Positions 27,616-38,314 of a DNA stretch of 64,000 nucleotides are shown one piece after another. The notes beneath the pieces were generated by a model that saw nothing but the letters and a program-made list of their open reading frames with translations, did not search any database and was not told the DNA's origin. The position numbers and the translations under genes are program-made. The stretch covers positions 6,326-70,325 of the forward strand of contig CAZIPS010000002.1 in assembly GCA_964541455.1 (NCBI GenBank), written 5' to 3'. Each line of letters opens with the position of its first letter. Positions within the stretch are counted from its first letter, which is position 1. This stretch comes from an uncultured Candidatus Saccharibacteria bacterium (GTDB taxonomy: Bacteria; Patescibacteriota; Minisyncoccia; Phycocordibacterales; JAKFXT01).

Positions 27616-28704
27616 TTAAATTCCCTCATGTTTCAACTTCTCTACCAACTCGCGTGCTGATTTTGTGAGCTTTTGTGGCATGGCAATAGTGACTTTTATC
27701 AAAAGATCTCCTCGTTGTGATTTTGAAATAGGAACACCCTTCCCTTTAACCCGAAGAATTTCACCAAAGCTTATGCTTGAAGGCACGGTGACTTTAAGAG
27801 GGCCTTCAACTGAAGCAACGGTGTACTCGCCTCCAAGAAGGGCATCACTTAACTTTATCGAGAGTTCGGTAACAAGATTATTTCCTTCTCTGTAAAGTTT
27901 TGGGTGAGGTTTTACATGAATTTTTATGTAAAGATCTCCAGAGGCTCCTCCTTGAGCCGCCTCCCCTCTTCCTTGCATACGAATAACTTCTCCATTATCA
28001 ATGCCCGCTGGCACTTGTATTGAAAGTTCTTCTTGTTTGCGCAATACCCCCTCCCCATGACAGGTAGCACATTTTTCCTTTGGGATTTTCCCGCTACCAC
28101 GACACGTTGCACAAGCACGTACCACACTTACTTGTCCAAAGAATGAACGCTTTGTCTCGTGGATTTTTCCATTACCATTACATGTTTTACATGTTTGCAT
28201 GTCAGTTCCCTTTTTTGCTCCGGTGCCTGTACAGGTGTCACATGTGCCAAGTTTTGTGAGAAGTACTTTACGAGTAACCCCAAACACCGATTCCTCAAAG
28301 GTTAGTTCAAGATCAATTGAAATATCGCGCCCTCGTGGTTTACTTTCACGCCCTCCCCCAAACATGTCACCAAAAATGTCTCCAAGATCGCCGAAGTCGA
28401 AGTTTTGGAATCCTTGCCCTCCAGTAAAACCAGAAAAATCGAAATCACCAAAACCCTGTCCCCCAGCGCCTTGAGCGCCAGAGAAGGTTTGGCCATAGGT
28501 ATCATACTCGGCCCTTTTTTTATCATCAGAGAGTACACTATACGCTTCGCTAATCTCCTTAAACTTAGCATCGTCCCCACCCTTTTTGTCAGGATGGTAT
28601 TTATGCGCGAGTTTATGGAAGGCTTTCTTAACCTCGTCCTTGTTTGCTTTTTTGTCGACACCTAAAATATCGTAATAGTTTTTTGCCATATAGTGATTAT
28701 ACAC
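27616..28704 (-). CDS. dnaJ: chaperone DnaJ
   Basis: 362 aa; J domain (YYDILGV...HKYHPDK), G/F-rich linker, four CxxCxGxG zinc-finger repeats. Confidence 0.9.
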   Translation of the reverse strand: MYNHYMAKNYYDILGVDKKANKDEVKKAFHKLAHKYHPDKKGGDDAKFKEISEAYSVLSDDKKRAEYDTYGQTFSGAQGAGGQGFGDFDFSGFTGGQGFQNFDFGDLGDIFGDMFGGGRESKPRGRDISIDLELTFEESVFGVTRKVLLTKLGTCDTCTGTGAKKGTDMQTCKTCNGNGKIHETKRSFFGQVSVVRACATCRGSGKIPKEKCATCHGEGVLRKQEELSIQVPAGIDNGEVIRMQGRGEAAQGGASGDLYIKIHVKPHPKLYREGNNLVTELSIKLSDALLGGEYTVASVEGPLKVTVPSSISFGEILRVKGKGVPISKSQRGDLLIKVTIAMPQKLTKSARELVEKLKHEGI

Positions 28705-28763
28705 AAACTGATTCTTTAGTAAAAAACCCCTCTTTTTGTGATGAGGAGTTTTCCACTTTTGTT

Positions 28764-30629
28764 TTAGGCTGAAGCCTGACCTTCCCCACCTTCTTGTTTC
28801 GGTGTCTCTGTTTCTTGAGCTGGCGCTTCATTTTGTTTATAAAGGGCCTCACCTATTTTGGATAATTCTGAAGAGAGTGCTTCGGTTGCAGTTTTAAGCG
28901 TTGCTGCTTCTCCTTCCCGATGCTTTTTAACTTCAGCAATTTTTTCTTCAATAGAGGTTTTCAATTCAGGTGCCACCTTTTCGCTATTATCCTTTAGTGA
29001 TTTCTCAGCGGTATAGACTAATTGATCAGCGGTGTTGCGAAGTTCTGCAAGTTCTTTTTTGCGTTCATCTTCTGCACTGTATGCTTCAGCTTCTTTTCGC
29101 ATGCGCTCAATGTCAGCATCAGAAAGACTTGAACGAGCCTCGATGCGAATACTCTGCTCTTTGCCACTCGCCTTGTCTTTTGCCTTAACTTGCAAAATAC
29201 CATTAGCGTCAACATCAAAAGATACTTCTACTTGCGGCATGCCACGTGGTGCTGGAGGGATGCCGTCAAGGATGAATCTCCCCAAGCTTTTATTGTCGCT
29301 TGCCATTGGGCGTTCTCCTTGAGTGATATGAATTTCTACAGATGTTTGATTATCTGCGGCGGTAGAAAACACTTGTGAGCGAGAAGCAGGAATAGTAGTG
29401 TTCTTCTCAACGAGCTTAGTTGCAACACCTCCCATGGTTTCGATACCAAGTGAAAGAGGGATTACATCAAGAAGTAAAATATCCTTAACATCACCTTGCA
29501 AAATTCCAGCTTGAATAGCCGCGCCCGCTGCTACCACTTCATCAGGGTTGATGCTCTTGTTAGGTTCACGACCAAAAAGTTCCTTCACTGCTTTTTCAAT
29601 AGCAGGCATTCTTGTTTGTCCTCCTACAAGTACTACCTCATCAATTTCCCCTACTTTAAAAGGAGAAGCGTCGATAGCTCTTTTGGTAATAGTAATCGAG
29701 CGTTCAATGAATTCACGAGACAACTCTTCAAGTGTTGCACGAGAAAGTTTCATGAGGAGGTGCTTTGGGCCAGTAGCATCTGAAGTAATGAAGGGAATAT
29801 TTATTTCTGTTTCGTTCGTAGTTGAAAGCTCGTGCTTTGCTTTTTCAGCAGCTTCGTCAAGACGCTGTAGTGCAAGAGGGTCAGTTGAAACATCAATCCC
29901 GCTTTCTTTTTTATATTCATCAGCGATGTAGCGAATAATCTTTCGATCAATATCACGTCCACCAAGATGGCTATCTCCATCAGTTGATTTAACCTCAACA
30001 ACATCATCTCCTACTTCAAGAATAGAGATATCAAAGGTACCTCCACCAAAATCGAACACCGCTATTTTCTCGTTTTTCTTTTTGTTAAAGCCATATGCAA
30101 GGGCTGCGGCAGTAGGTTCATTAATAATGCGCTTTACCTCAAGGCCAGCAATTGCCCCAGCATCTTTTGTAGCTTGACGTTGTGCGTCATTGAAGTATGC
30201 AGGGACGGTGATGATCGCTTCTGTTATTTTTTCTCCCAGCTTACTTTCTGCATCAGCTTTTAATTTTGAAAGTATCATTGCAGAAATTGCTTCCGGAGAA
30301 TACCAATCAGTACCCATTTCGATTTTGACACCGCCATTGTCTGCCTTCTCTACTTTGTAGGCAACATTTTTTTTGTCGCTCTGCACGGCCTCTTCGTCAT
30401 ATGAGTGACCAATAAAGCGCTTAATACCATACACCGTATTAGTTGGGTTGGTAACGGCTTGGCGCTTAGCAAGTTGCCCCACAAGACGCTCGCCAGTCTT
30501 TGAAAGCGCAACAATTGAGGGCGTAGTTCGAGCCCCTTCAATATTTTCAATAATACGAGGTTCACCGTTTTCAACAATAGCCATTGCAGAGTTGGTGGTG
30601 CCAAGATCAATACCTAAAATTTTTGCCAT
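28764..30629 (-). CDS. dnaK: chaperone DnaK (Hsp70)
   Basis: 621 aa; [27 protein letters not shown] and other Hsp70 signatures. Confidence 0.95.
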   Translation of the reverse strand: MAKILGIDLGTTNSAMAIVENGEPRIIENIEGARTTPSIVALSKTGERLVGQLAKRQAVTNPTNTVYGIKRFIGHSYDEEAVQSDKKNVAYKVEKADNGGVKIEMGTDWYSPEAISAMILSKLKADAESKLGEKITEAIITVPAYFNDAQRQATKDAGAIAGLEVKRIINEPTAAALAYGFNKKKNEKIAVFDFGGGTFDISILEVGDDVVEVKSTDGDSHLGGRDIDRKIIRYIADEYKKESGIDVSTDPLALQRLDEAAEKAKHELSTTNETEINIPFITSDATGPKHLLMKLSRATLEELSREFIERSITITKRAIDASPFKVGEIDEVVLVGGQTRMPAIEKAVKELFGREPNKSINPDEVVAAGAAIQAGILQGDVKDILLLDVIPLSLGIETMGGVATKLVEKNTTIPASRSQVFSTAADNQTSVEIHITQGERPMASDNKSLGRFILDGIPPAPRGMPQVEVSFDVDANGILQVKAKDKASGKEQSIRIEARSSLSDADIERMRKEAEAYSAEDERKKELAELRNTADQLVYTAEKSLKDNSEKVAPELKTSIEEKIAEVKKHREGEAATLKTATEALSSELSKIGEALYKQNEAPAQETETPKQEGGEGQASA

Positions 30630-30657
30630 AGTATGTATGAATAAGTGAATAATGTTT

Positions 30658-31257
30658 CTATACTAATTTTCCAACAACAACACGTGCTCCGCGGAGTACC
30701 TTGTCGTGAAGCATGTACCCTCTCTGTAGCACGGCAAGTACTTTATTGTCATCTGCTGCACTTTTAACTTCTTCGGTACGTACCGCCTCATGAAGTGTGG
30801 GGTCAAAGGGTTGCTCTAAAGGATCAATCACACTCACTCCGCGCTGTTTTAAGACATCAAGCAACATTGTGTATATGTACTCAATTCCCATTCTCCAAGC
30901 GCTATCAACTTTCCCCCACACTTCTTTATTACCCATTGCACTATCAAAACTTTGCAATACGGGGATCAAGTCCTCAATAAGGCTTGCTGTAGCAAATTTT
31001 GAAAGGGACGCACGATCCTCATCAAAACTTTTCTTAGCATTAACAAAATCAGCCTTACTTCTTTGCCACCCTGAAAGGTACTCCATTTTTTCTCCCTCAA
31101 GGAGCTTAATTTTTTCACGAAGCTTCTTAAGTATGGTTTTTGTATCTACAGATTCATCCTCAAGAATGAATTCATCCTGGGAGGCAGAAGTATTATCGAA
31201 CTTGTTATTCGTTTCGTCAAGGACTACGTCTTCTTCATGGTCATGTGTGTGTTTCAT
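30658..31257 (-). CDS. grpE: nucleotide exchange factor GrpE
   Basis: 199 aa; acidic N-terminus, coiled coil, C-terminal beta domain; immediately upstream of dnaK. Confidence 0.8.
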   Translation of the reverse strand: MKHTHDHEEDVVLDETNNKFDNTSASQDEFILEDESVDTKTILKKLREKIKLLEGEKMEYLSGWQRSKADFVNAKKSFDEDRASLSKFATASLIEDLIPVLQSFDSAMGNKEVWGKVDSAWRMGIEYIYTMLLDVLKQRGVSVIDPLEQPFDPTLHEAVRTEEVKSAADDNKVLAVLQRGYMLHDKVLRGARVVVGKLV

Positions 31258-31336
31258 ATAGTGTGAAGATGAGCATTACAAATAAAGTGTCTTTCCGTAG
31301 GCAAGGACACGGTCTCTTTGGCAGAGATTGAGGAGA

Positions 31337-31744
31337 TTAACGCTTAGACCACTGTGGAGCCTTGCGAGCTTTCTTGAGCCCGAATTTCTTGCGTTCTTTA
31401 CGGCGTGGGTCACGCTTTAGAAAACCAGCCTGTTTTAGCTCTTTACGGAGTGTTTCGTCAAATGAGGTTAAGGCACGTGCAATGCCGTGGCGGATAGCAT
31501 CGGCTTGAGCGCGGATGCCACCACCCACTACTTTTGCTGAAACTTCAAACTGCTTAGGATGTTCCCCCTGAGTAAGTGGGCTAAGGACTGCGGCCTGCTG
31601 ATCTGCAATGACAAAGTATTCGTTAAGTCCCTTACCGTTCACCACTACCCCCTGCTTAGTGCTTTCGGTAATGCGCACACGCGCCACAGCACTTTTGCGA
31701 CGTCCAATACCTTCTGTATATGTTCCTGTAGTTTTTGTAGCCAT
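31337..31744 (-). CDS. rpsI: 30S ribosomal protein S9
   Basis: 135 aa; GRRKSAVARV and C-terminal ...KKARKAPQWSKR. Confidence 0.9.
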   Translation of the reverse strand: MATKTTGTYTEGIGRRKSAVARVRITESTKQGVVVNGKGLNEYFVIADQQAAVLSPLTQGEHPKQFEVSAKVVGGGIRAQADAIRHGIARALTSFDETLRKELKQAGFLKRDPRRKERKKFGLKKARKAPQWSKR

Positions 31745-31746
31745 AG

Positions 31747-32115
31747 TTATTCGCTGATTGAAAGATTAAGAAGCATAGTATCACGATGCTTGTTTTTTGG
31801 AAGCATACGAGAAACGGCGTGCTTAATGACTTCGCCAAACCCCTTGGTTTCGGCGACACGTTTTGCAGTCAGTTGGGTAATACCTCCTGGGTATCCTGAA
31901 TAACGTGTATGAAGTATTCCTTCAAGTCGAGTTTGGGTAGCATTGAGCTTACTTGCGTTGGTGATAACCACCTTTGCAGTTGGGGCGTGGTGGCGACGGA
32001 AAGCTGGGCTATCTTTACCCATGAGAAGTGTTGCTACCTCTGTTGCAAGGCGGCCAAGCTTTTTTCCTGTAGCATCAATAGTGTGAGTTTTTTCCATATA
32101 ATTATACGAATTCAA
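31747..32115 (-). CDS. rplM: 50S ribosomal protein L13
   Basis: 122 aa; MEKTHTIDATGKKLGRLATEVA. Confidence 0.9.
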   Translation of the reverse strand: MNSYNYMEKTHTIDATGKKLGRLATEVATLLMGKDSPAFRRHHAPTAKVVITNASKLNATQTRLEGILHTRYSGYPGGITQLTAKRVAETKGFGEVIKHAVSRMLPKNKHRDTMLLNLSISE

Positions 32116-32455
32116 TTACCGCCTGTTTGCTTCCATCCTTAATACGAGGTGAAAGTTTGGTGATACGGGTATATCCTCCTGCACGTGATTCATAACGTGG
32201 AGCAAGTGTTTTAAAAATCTTTTCAACACTACTTCGTCCAGATCCGAGGCGTGAAAGTACGAGACGGCGTGAGGCAACGGTATCATTTTTGCCCTTAGTC
32301 ACAAGTTTCTCAACAAATGGGCGTAGTTCTTTAGCCTTAGCTTCAGAAGTGGTAATTTTTTCGCGAAGAATGAGAGAGCGCGCTAAAGAGCGAATAAGGG
32401 CGGTGCGACCCTTATCAACCAATCCAAACGCTCGACCTTTTTTGTGATGACGCAT
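32102..32455 (-). CDS. rplQ: 50S ribosomal protein L17
   Basis: 117 aa; MRHHKKGRAFGLVDKGRTALIRSLARSLI. Confidence 0.9.
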   Translation of the reverse strand: MRHHKKGRAFGLVDKGRTALIRSLARSLILREKITTSEAKAKELRPFVEKLVTKGKNDTVASRRLVLSRLGSGRSSVEKIFKTLAPRYESRAGGYTRITKLSPRIKDGSKQAVIEFV

Positions 32456-32464
32456 ATGTGTAGA

Positions 32465-33421
32465 TTATTTAAGTGTTATACCAAAGCCTGCAAGCATCTT
32501 TTTGATCTCCTGCATACCCTTACTGCCTAGTCCATCGATATCAAGAATATCCTCTTCTTTCTTGCGAGCAAGGCCGCCTAGGGTGCGAATATTGGCGGTC
32601 GTGAGCGCGTTAATAGTGCGAGGTGAAAGCTCAAGTGTCTCAATACGAGTTTTGAGCATATCGGGATCTACCGCACTTTCCTTTTCGGCGTGCATAGTAA
32701 CTGGCTCACTGTGGTGAAGTGAAAGATCTTCCTCCTTGAAGCCGATGATAGCCTTAAGTTGATTGATCATGATTTCAATTGACTTCTCAAGCGCCTCGTG
32801 TGGAGTGATGATGCCATCAGTTTCAATAAAGATTTTCAAGCGATTGAAGTCAGTACGATTTCCTACACGCATGTTTTCAACCTCATAGTTTACACGACGG
32901 ATAGGGGTAAATGAGGCGTCAAGGGCAATAGTACCAATGTCCACTTTATCTTTTTGGAGGTTTTCCTTAGATACGTAGCCCATCCCTTTCTCAACACGGA
33001 ATTCAGCCTTAAAAGAAACTTTGCCTGTAACGTTAGCGATAACCTGATCTTTGTTGATGATCTCCACTTGGCCAGGAGCAACAATGTCTTTTGCGGTTAC
33101 CTCCTTAGGACCCTTAACATCAATTGTGAGGGTTTGTGGCTCGTCGGTAAGCATCTTTATGCGTACGCGCTTTAAATTAAGGAGGATAGTAATAACATCT
33201 TCCTTAACACCCTCGAGAGTTGAAAACTCATGACTAACCCCATCAATTTTTACATGAGTAATTGAGGCTCCAGGGAGGCTTGAGAGGATAATGCGGCGAA
33301 GTGAGTTTCCGAGCGTGTGCCCATAGCCAGGGTAAAGACCATCAATTTCGTAGCTACCGCTTAGCTCGGTTTCCTCCACTACCTTTGGTTTTGAAGGAAG
33401 AATGACGTTAAAATCTGACAT
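32465..33421 (-). CDS. rpoA: DNA-directed RNA polymerase subunit alpha
   Basis: 318 aa; N-terminal dimerisation domain (LYPGYGHTLGNSLRRILLSSLPGA) and C-terminal HhH domain. Confidence 0.9.
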   Translation of the reverse strand: MSDFNVILPSKPKVVEETELSGSYEIDGLYPGYGHTLGNSLRRIILSSLPGASITHVKIDGVSHEFSTLEGVKEDVITILLNLKRVRIKMLTDEPQTLTIDVKGPKEVTAKDIVAPGQVEIINKDQVIANVTGKVSFKAEFRVEKGMGYVSKENLQKDKVDIGTIALDASFTPIRRVNYEVENMRVGNRTDFNRLKIFIETDGIITPHEALEKSIEIMINQLKAIIGFKEEDLSLHHSEPVTMHAEKESAVDPDMLKTRIETLELSPRTINALTTANIRTLGGLARKKEEDILDIDGLGSKGMQEIKKMLAGFGITLK

Positions 33422-33494
33422 ATTTTTTTACTATTTAAACAATTGCTAATTTTACAATAATTTTAAACAAAAGGCAATTCCTTACCCCAAACGA

Positions 33495-34103
33495 TTATCG
33501 ACTATAAAACTCAAGCACTGGTACCAAGTCGTAAGCGAGCTCACTTCTTGTATACACCGGCACACCTACTACTTTTCCTTCGGCCTTTTCAGCGTTAAAG
33601 GAAATCCATGAAGGAGTAGTGTGATCTTTCAACTTCTCCTTTAGGTCAGCAAAAAGTACGCTGTTACGGCTTCCCTCACGCACCGTAATGACATCATTTG
33701 CCCCAACAACTGCAGAAGGGATAGTGAGTTTGCGGCCGTTTACTACAATGTGACCGTGGGAAACGAGCTGACGTGCCTTGCGGCGGGTGTGTGCGAGTCC
33801 CATGCGGTACACCGCATTATCAAGACGGCTTTCGAGTGAGCGGTAAAGTGTTTCAGCAGGATTCGTACTCTTCCCTTCCATCGCTTTGGTAATGTAGTTC
33901 TTAAACTGCTTTTCGGTGATACCGTAGGTAAAACGAACCTTTTGTTTTTCGATAAACTGTTTGGCATAGTCACTCTTTGGAGGGCGTCGCTTCCCAGCTC
34001 CTTCAGTGCGGGCAAGTGAAAGTTGAAACTTCTGTGTTTGAAGTTGTTCAAAAACAGATGATCCAAGGCGCTTACCGATTTTATACTTTGGTCCGATTTT
34101 CAT
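33495..34103 (-). CDS. rpsD: 30S ribosomal protein S4
   Basis: 202 aa; MKIGPKYKIGKRLG; S4 RNA-binding domain. Confidence 0.9.
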   Translation of the reverse strand: MKIGPKYKIGKRLGSSVFEQLQTQKFQLSLARTEGAGKRRPPKSDYAKQFIEKQKVRFTYGITEKQFKNYITKAMEGKSTNPAETLYRSLESRLDNAVYRMGLAHTRRKARQLVSHGHIVVNGRKLTIPSAVVGANDVITVREGSRNSVLFADLKEKLKDHTTPSWISFNAEKAEGKVVGVPVYTRSELAYDLVPVLEFYSR

Positions 34104-34115
34104 AGTGGTAATAAA

Positions 34116-34550
34116 TTAAATACGACGTGGCTTAGGTGGTTTTGGTCCATTGTGTGGCACAGGAGTAATATCTTTGATTGAAAGGAGTCCTATGCCCTTA
34201 CCTGAAAAAGCGCGGATTGCAGACTCGCGTCCTGCTCCTACTCCCTTTACCACAACATCAACTTCTCGTACGCCAATAGCAGTTGCTTTTTCACCGATAA
34301 GTTCTCCTACCTTTGCAGCTGCAAAAGGAGTTCCCTTTTTAGCCCCAGCAAACCCTAGTGAACCACTTGATGATGAACAGATAGCATTACCACTTTTGTC
34401 TGTTAGGAGTACACGAGTATTGTTGTAGGTTGAAGCAACATAAAGAATCCCAGTATCGATCTTCTTTTTTGCGGCACGCGCCAAAGACTTTGCCCGGAGT
34501 CCCTGGTCAACTTCACCACCACTTTTGCTTGCTACTCGTTTTTTACCCAT
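34116..34550 (-). CDS. rpsK: 30S ribosomal protein S11
   Basis: 144 aa; GILYVASTYNNTRVLLTD. Confidence 0.9.
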   Translation of the reverse strand: MGKKRVASKSGGEVDQGLRAKSLARAAKKKIDTGILYVASTYNNTRVLLTDKSGNAICSSSSGSLGFAGAKKGTPFAAAKVGELIGEKATAIGVREVDVVVKGVGAGRESAIRAFSGKGIGLLSIKDITPVPHNGPKPPKPRRI

Positions 34551-34578
34551 ATGAGTTTAAATCTGTTTAATATAAGGT

Positions 34579-34962
34579 TTATGTCTTTGATTCCTTGCGA
34601 CGGCCACTTCCCATGGTCTTTCTAACGTTTCCTCGTACTGTTCGTGAGTTTGTTTTAGTACGTTGTCCTCTGCTTGGTAAGTGTTTTGCGTGACGGCTCC
34701 CTCGGTAGGTCTTAATATCCTTGAGGCGCTTTATGTTTGCTTGAATAATACGCTTTAGGTCACCTTCAATCTTGTAATCTCTTTCAATAATGGTACGAAT
34801 AGCCTGTTCCTCATGCTCTTTAAGCTCTTTTGGCTTGACGTCAATTGAAACTTTTGCCTCCTTAAGTATCTTTCGAGCACTGGTTGTTCCAATACCATAA
34901 AGGGCGGTAAGGGCGTACTCCATGCGCTTATTTTCTGGAAGAGTGATACCAAGGATTCTCAT
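34579..34962 (-). CDS. rpsM: 30S ribosomal protein S13
   Basis: 127 aa; MRILGITLPENKRMEYALTALYGIG. Confidence 0.9.
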   Translation of the reverse strand: MRILGITLPENKRMEYALTALYGIGTTSARKILKEAKVSIDVKPKELKEHEEQAIRTIIERDYKIEGDLKRIIQANIKRLKDIKTYRGSRHAKHLPSRGQRTKTNSRTVRGNVRKTMGSGRRKESKT

Positions 34963-34994
34963 AGTGTTAAAAAATATTGAAAATTATTCCACTG

Positions 34995-35108
34995 TTAGCC
35001 CTGACGCTGTTTGTGTCGTGGATCAGCACAAATAACATGCACACGTCCCTTGCGGCGTACCATTTTACACTTAGTGCAAATCTTTTTTACTGAAGCTCGG
35101 ATTTTCAT
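34995..35108 (-). CDS. rpmJ: 50S ribosomal protein L36
   Basis: 37 aa, below the ORF-track cutoff; hand translation gives [37 protein letters not shown], the C-x2-C...C...H zinc ribbon of L36. Confidence 0.8.
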   Translation of the reverse strand: MKIRASVKKICTKCKMVRRKGRVHVICADPRHKQRQG

Positions 35109-35113
35109 TGCGA

Positions 35114-35341
35114 TTATAAGCGCCGTACGATTTTGCCTTTTGAGAGGTTGTATGGATCAATTTCAACTTCAACCGTGTCTCCAACAAGCACGCGGATACG
35201 GTGTAGTCTCATTCTCCCACCAAGGTAGCCAAGCATGGTTCCCCCGCTTTCTCCTTGTAATTCAATTCGAAAGAGTGTGTTGGGCAAGGCCTCGGTAACG
35301 GTGCCTATTTTCTTTTCCTTACTCTCTTTTTCGTTGCTCAT
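35114..35341 (-). CDS. infA: translation initiation factor IF-1
   Basis: S1-like OB fold ([60 protein letters not shown]); start set at the internal Met. Confidence 0.85.
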   Translation of the reverse strand: MSNEKESKEKKIGTVTEALPNTLFRIELQGESGGTMLGYLGGRMRLHRIRVLVGDTVEVEIDPYNLSKGKIVRRL

Positions 35342-35546
35342 TTGGCTTTTACGGAACAATGCCCCATAGAATAACAAAAAAGCTTTTGAGCGTCAACTAA
35401 AAACGCTTAACAAAGCCATTTGTTTCAGACTGGATGTGCTTATTACGGTAGCACGCTTCCCAAAGTTAAGTCAAACGGGGCAAAAAATAGAGGCTTTTTA
35501 ATGGGTAATGGTCAATAAATGGCTTAAAATAAGGTTTTTTTCATCC

Positions 35547-36992
35547 TTATTTTAAAAGGGATCCGCTATTCACAATTTCGATTTTTGAGCTGTCCTCGGG
35601 GAGACTTGATTTCCAGGCTGGCCTGATTGAAACCTCGGCTTTTTCTATCCCAGCATAATTTTTGAAAATTTCGTTTACTTTGCTTTGTGGGACTCCAGCG
35701 AGATCTTTAACAAGTTTCTCGTTGTCATAAAGCCAGGTAATGGTGGTGGTCCCCTGAAGGGTGAAGGGAAGGTTCCCACTATTCCAAGGAGCCGTTTCAA
35801 GGCTATCTGGTGAAAATGAGAGATTCTGCAGATTTATACTTGTGACAGGGTCCCCGTTGTAGTCCGGAATATTGTTCTTAGCTAGAAAGGTTGCAAGCTC
35901 ATCTTTTTTGAACAAAATTCCGTGCATGCTCCCCTTAATTGAGATATCAGTGTCATCGGGCTTTGAAAGCATAGTGTAGGTAATGTATACCGCATTGTCA
36001 TAGAGTATGAACCCAGCAGGAACTTGTTCTTTGGCCTTTGAGAGAAGCTTGGCCTTAAGGGTAGCCTTAAGTTCAGTCTGCCCTGCTTCAAGGTCGCTTT
36101 GAGAAGCGGTTTTAATGGTTCCTTTCATACCTCCTGTCATGGGAGTTTTTGATCGGCCAAAAATAGTGTTAAAACGAGGATCACCTTTAAAGCCTGGAAT
36201 GGTAAAATCCGAAAGTGGAATATTGTAGTCTTCGCCAGCTGAATAAGCACTCACTGTCACCTCAACACTCCCTGGCGTACTTCCCTTTTGCGCAGGGACA
36301 ACAACAGAATTATCAATGCGGAAGATGAGATTGTCATCAGTTTCCAATCGAGTATTTTTTACTAAGGCTTGAGACTTGCTTGTTTTGTTAAAAATAACTA
36401 CCGATCCCGTAGCGCGCCGTTCAACCGTTTTTTCGCCAGTTGAGGGAATAGTTTTGTCCCCTGTTTCCTCGAGGGATAAAACATTAAATGCAAGGTCTCC
36501 TGGTTGAGGATTCTTTTTTGCTGCGTAGGTTGCCTTAATACCTATATCTTTAGTTTTTGGGGTAATAGTAATAACTGCGCCAACATGAAGGAACAAATAG
36601 AGAAAGTACACAAGTGCAATTGCTACTGCAAAGCCGCCTATTGAAGCAATACGTGTAATCTTTTTCGAATAAGTACTAACACTTTCGGTTGATGGAATGC
36701 GGGGATTTTTAAAAGAAGTGTACTCACTTTCTTTTCTTACCTCTTTCAAAGGTGGAGGAGTCTCTTCACTTTTTTGGAAATTTTTTGTCTCGGAGGGGTA
36801 TGAGGTATATGTAAGTTCTGTTTTGATACGTGGTGTGTCAGCGCTAAGCGGTTTTGGGGGTACAGGGGCAGGTTCTACCTTCTTTAGTGAGGTCGGTGGG
36901 AGGCGATTTCCTCGACTTGGCAGGTTGATGTCGCGTACAGTACGCTTCGGGTTTGGGGGAACTATGTCTTCAATTAGTTTTTTTCTTAGCAT
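35547..36992 (-). CDS. hypothetical bitopic membrane protein with Pro/Lys-rich cytoplasmic N-terminus and large extracytoplasmic domain
   Basis: Start probably MLRKK at 36992; TM helix IASIGGFAVAIALVYFLYLFL; no family recognised. Confidence 0.4.
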   Translation of the reverse strand: MLRKKLIEDIVPPNPKRTVRDINLPSRGNRLPPTSLKKVEPAPVPPKPLSADTPRIKTELTYTSYPSETKNFQKSEETPPPLKEVRKESEYTSFKNPRIPSTESVSTYSKKITRIASIGGFAVAIALVYFLYLFLHVGAVITITPKTKDIGIKATYAAKKNPQPGDLAFNVLSLEETGDKTIPSTGEKTVERRATGSVVIFNKTSKSQALVKNTRLETDDNLIFRIDNSVVVPAQKGSTPGSVEVTVSAYSAGEDYNIPLSDFTIPGFKGDPRFNTIFGRSKTPMTGGMKGTIKTASQSDLEAGQTELKATLKAKLLSKAKEQVPAGFILYDNAVYITYTMLSKPDDTDISIKGSMHGILFKKDELATFLAKNNIPDYNGDPVTSINLQNLSFSPDSLETAPWNSGNLPFTLQGTTTITWLYDNEKLVKDLAGVPQSKVNEIFKNYAGIEKAEVSIRPAWKSSLPEDSSKIEIVNSGSLLK

Positions 36993-37011
36993 AGGGAATG
37001 AAGGTGTTTTT

Positions 37012-38241
37012 TTACGCTTTATTTTCTGGGTACATTTCAGGGAGGGCTTCTTTCGCTGCCGCTGCAAAGCTAGCACTTATAGCTAGGATTGTATCAAACC
37101 GAATATCAAGACTGAAGCTCACAGAATCAGCTAAAAGAGCTGTGTCAACTAAGCTGACGCGAAATCCATTTGGTACAAGGGTTTGGCTTGCAAAGCCGTG
37201 GGCGGCGCTGATTTCTGAAAAAATATCCTTAAGATCGGTATCAACGAGGAGATACAAATCAGGTGGTACCGAAGTTTCTTCGGTGAGACTAATGAGCGAG
37301 CGTTCCAGGTACGCCAACCATTCGGCTTGTGCTTCTTTGATAAATGGTTCAAGTTTTGCCCGCTCTGGTTCAGCAAGCTTTTTATCATGATATAGTCCGA
37401 GTCGCGCAAGGGCGTCTTCGTTGGTAGTTCCCATTTTTTGTGCTATGTAGCGCACTAAAGAATATTTCCCATAAGGGAAAGATACTGTTTCAAGTAGTGT
37501 ATGGTTGCGCACAAGCGATACTTCGGATATTTCACTTCCAATAGTCATAAAAAGAAAATCAGCTTCTGCGTCAACGCGGTTGCGTAGGGCAATAAAAGCA
37601 GCAAGAGAAAGTGGCTCAACCGACACGTGGGCAGGGGTAAACTTTCTTACTGTTGAAACAAGACTTTGTATGATGACTGGGTCAATAGAGGTTCGGAAGG
37701 CTGACACAGTGACGTCAGTACTTGTTTTCCCGTAAGGATTGCTTACGTGGTATCCATTTATTTTTATATCAATAATGCGTTCATGCACGGTTGCACCATT
37801 CTCTCCCACGAGCTCAATTTCGTGTGCTGGGAGGGTATTTTTTTTCTCAACTTTAAGGAGTGAATCAATAAAATGAGGTGAAATTGAGAACTCTTTCTCA
37901 CTTTTATGATGAATGAGGGTGGTATGGGAGAGGTAGTATGGAGCAGCCAAAATGCAATACACTTCGTCGGCCGCGAGGAGCATATCTTTAGAATTTGTTT
38001 TGTCTAATATGCGTGCAATATGATCAAGTACTTGCTCCAAGGATGAAAGCGCGGTGGTAAGTGTGTCCTTTTGATCACCATCACTTATGTTCTGCTCACC
38101 AAGTACGGTGTAGAGAATATAGGGTTTGCCATCACGCATTTCAACCACCGCTCCACGAGAGTTACCTCTCCCGATATCAAGATACAGTACAAGTTTAAGT
38201 GGCACTGTCTTTGGTAAGTGCAAAAAAGAAAAAAGACCCAT
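37012..38241 (-). CDS. hypothetical protein, possibly actin-fold ATPase (FtsA/PilM-like)
   Basis: 409 aa; N-terminal LVLYLDIGRGNSRGAVVEM resembles the phosphate-1 loop of actin-like ATPases; weak. Confidence 0.35.
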   Translation of the reverse strand: MGLFSFLHLPKTVPLKLVLYLDIGRGNSRGAVVEMRDGKPYILYTVLGEQNISDGDQKDTLTTALSSLEQVLDHIARILDKTNSKDMLLAADEVYCILAAPYYLSHTTLIHHKSEKEFSISPHFIDSLLKVEKKNTLPAHEIELVGENGATVHERIIDIKINGYHVSNPYGKTSTDVTVSAFRTSIDPVIIQSLVSTVRKFTPAHVSVEPLSLAAFIALRNRVDAEADFLFMTIGSEISEVSLVRNHTLLETVSFPYGKYSLVRYIAQKMGTTNEDALARLGLYHDKKLAEPERAKLEPFIKEAQAEWLAYLERSLISLTEETSVPPDLYLLVDTDLKDIFSEISAAHGFASQTLVPNGFRVSLVDTALLADSVSFSLDIRFDTILAISASFAAAAKEALPEMYPENKA

Positions 38242-38314
38242 GTGTGAATTATAACAGAGGAAGCTTCGAGCTTGTAGCTTTTAGCTGTTAGTAGAATAAA
38301 AAGATGGTGGTTTA

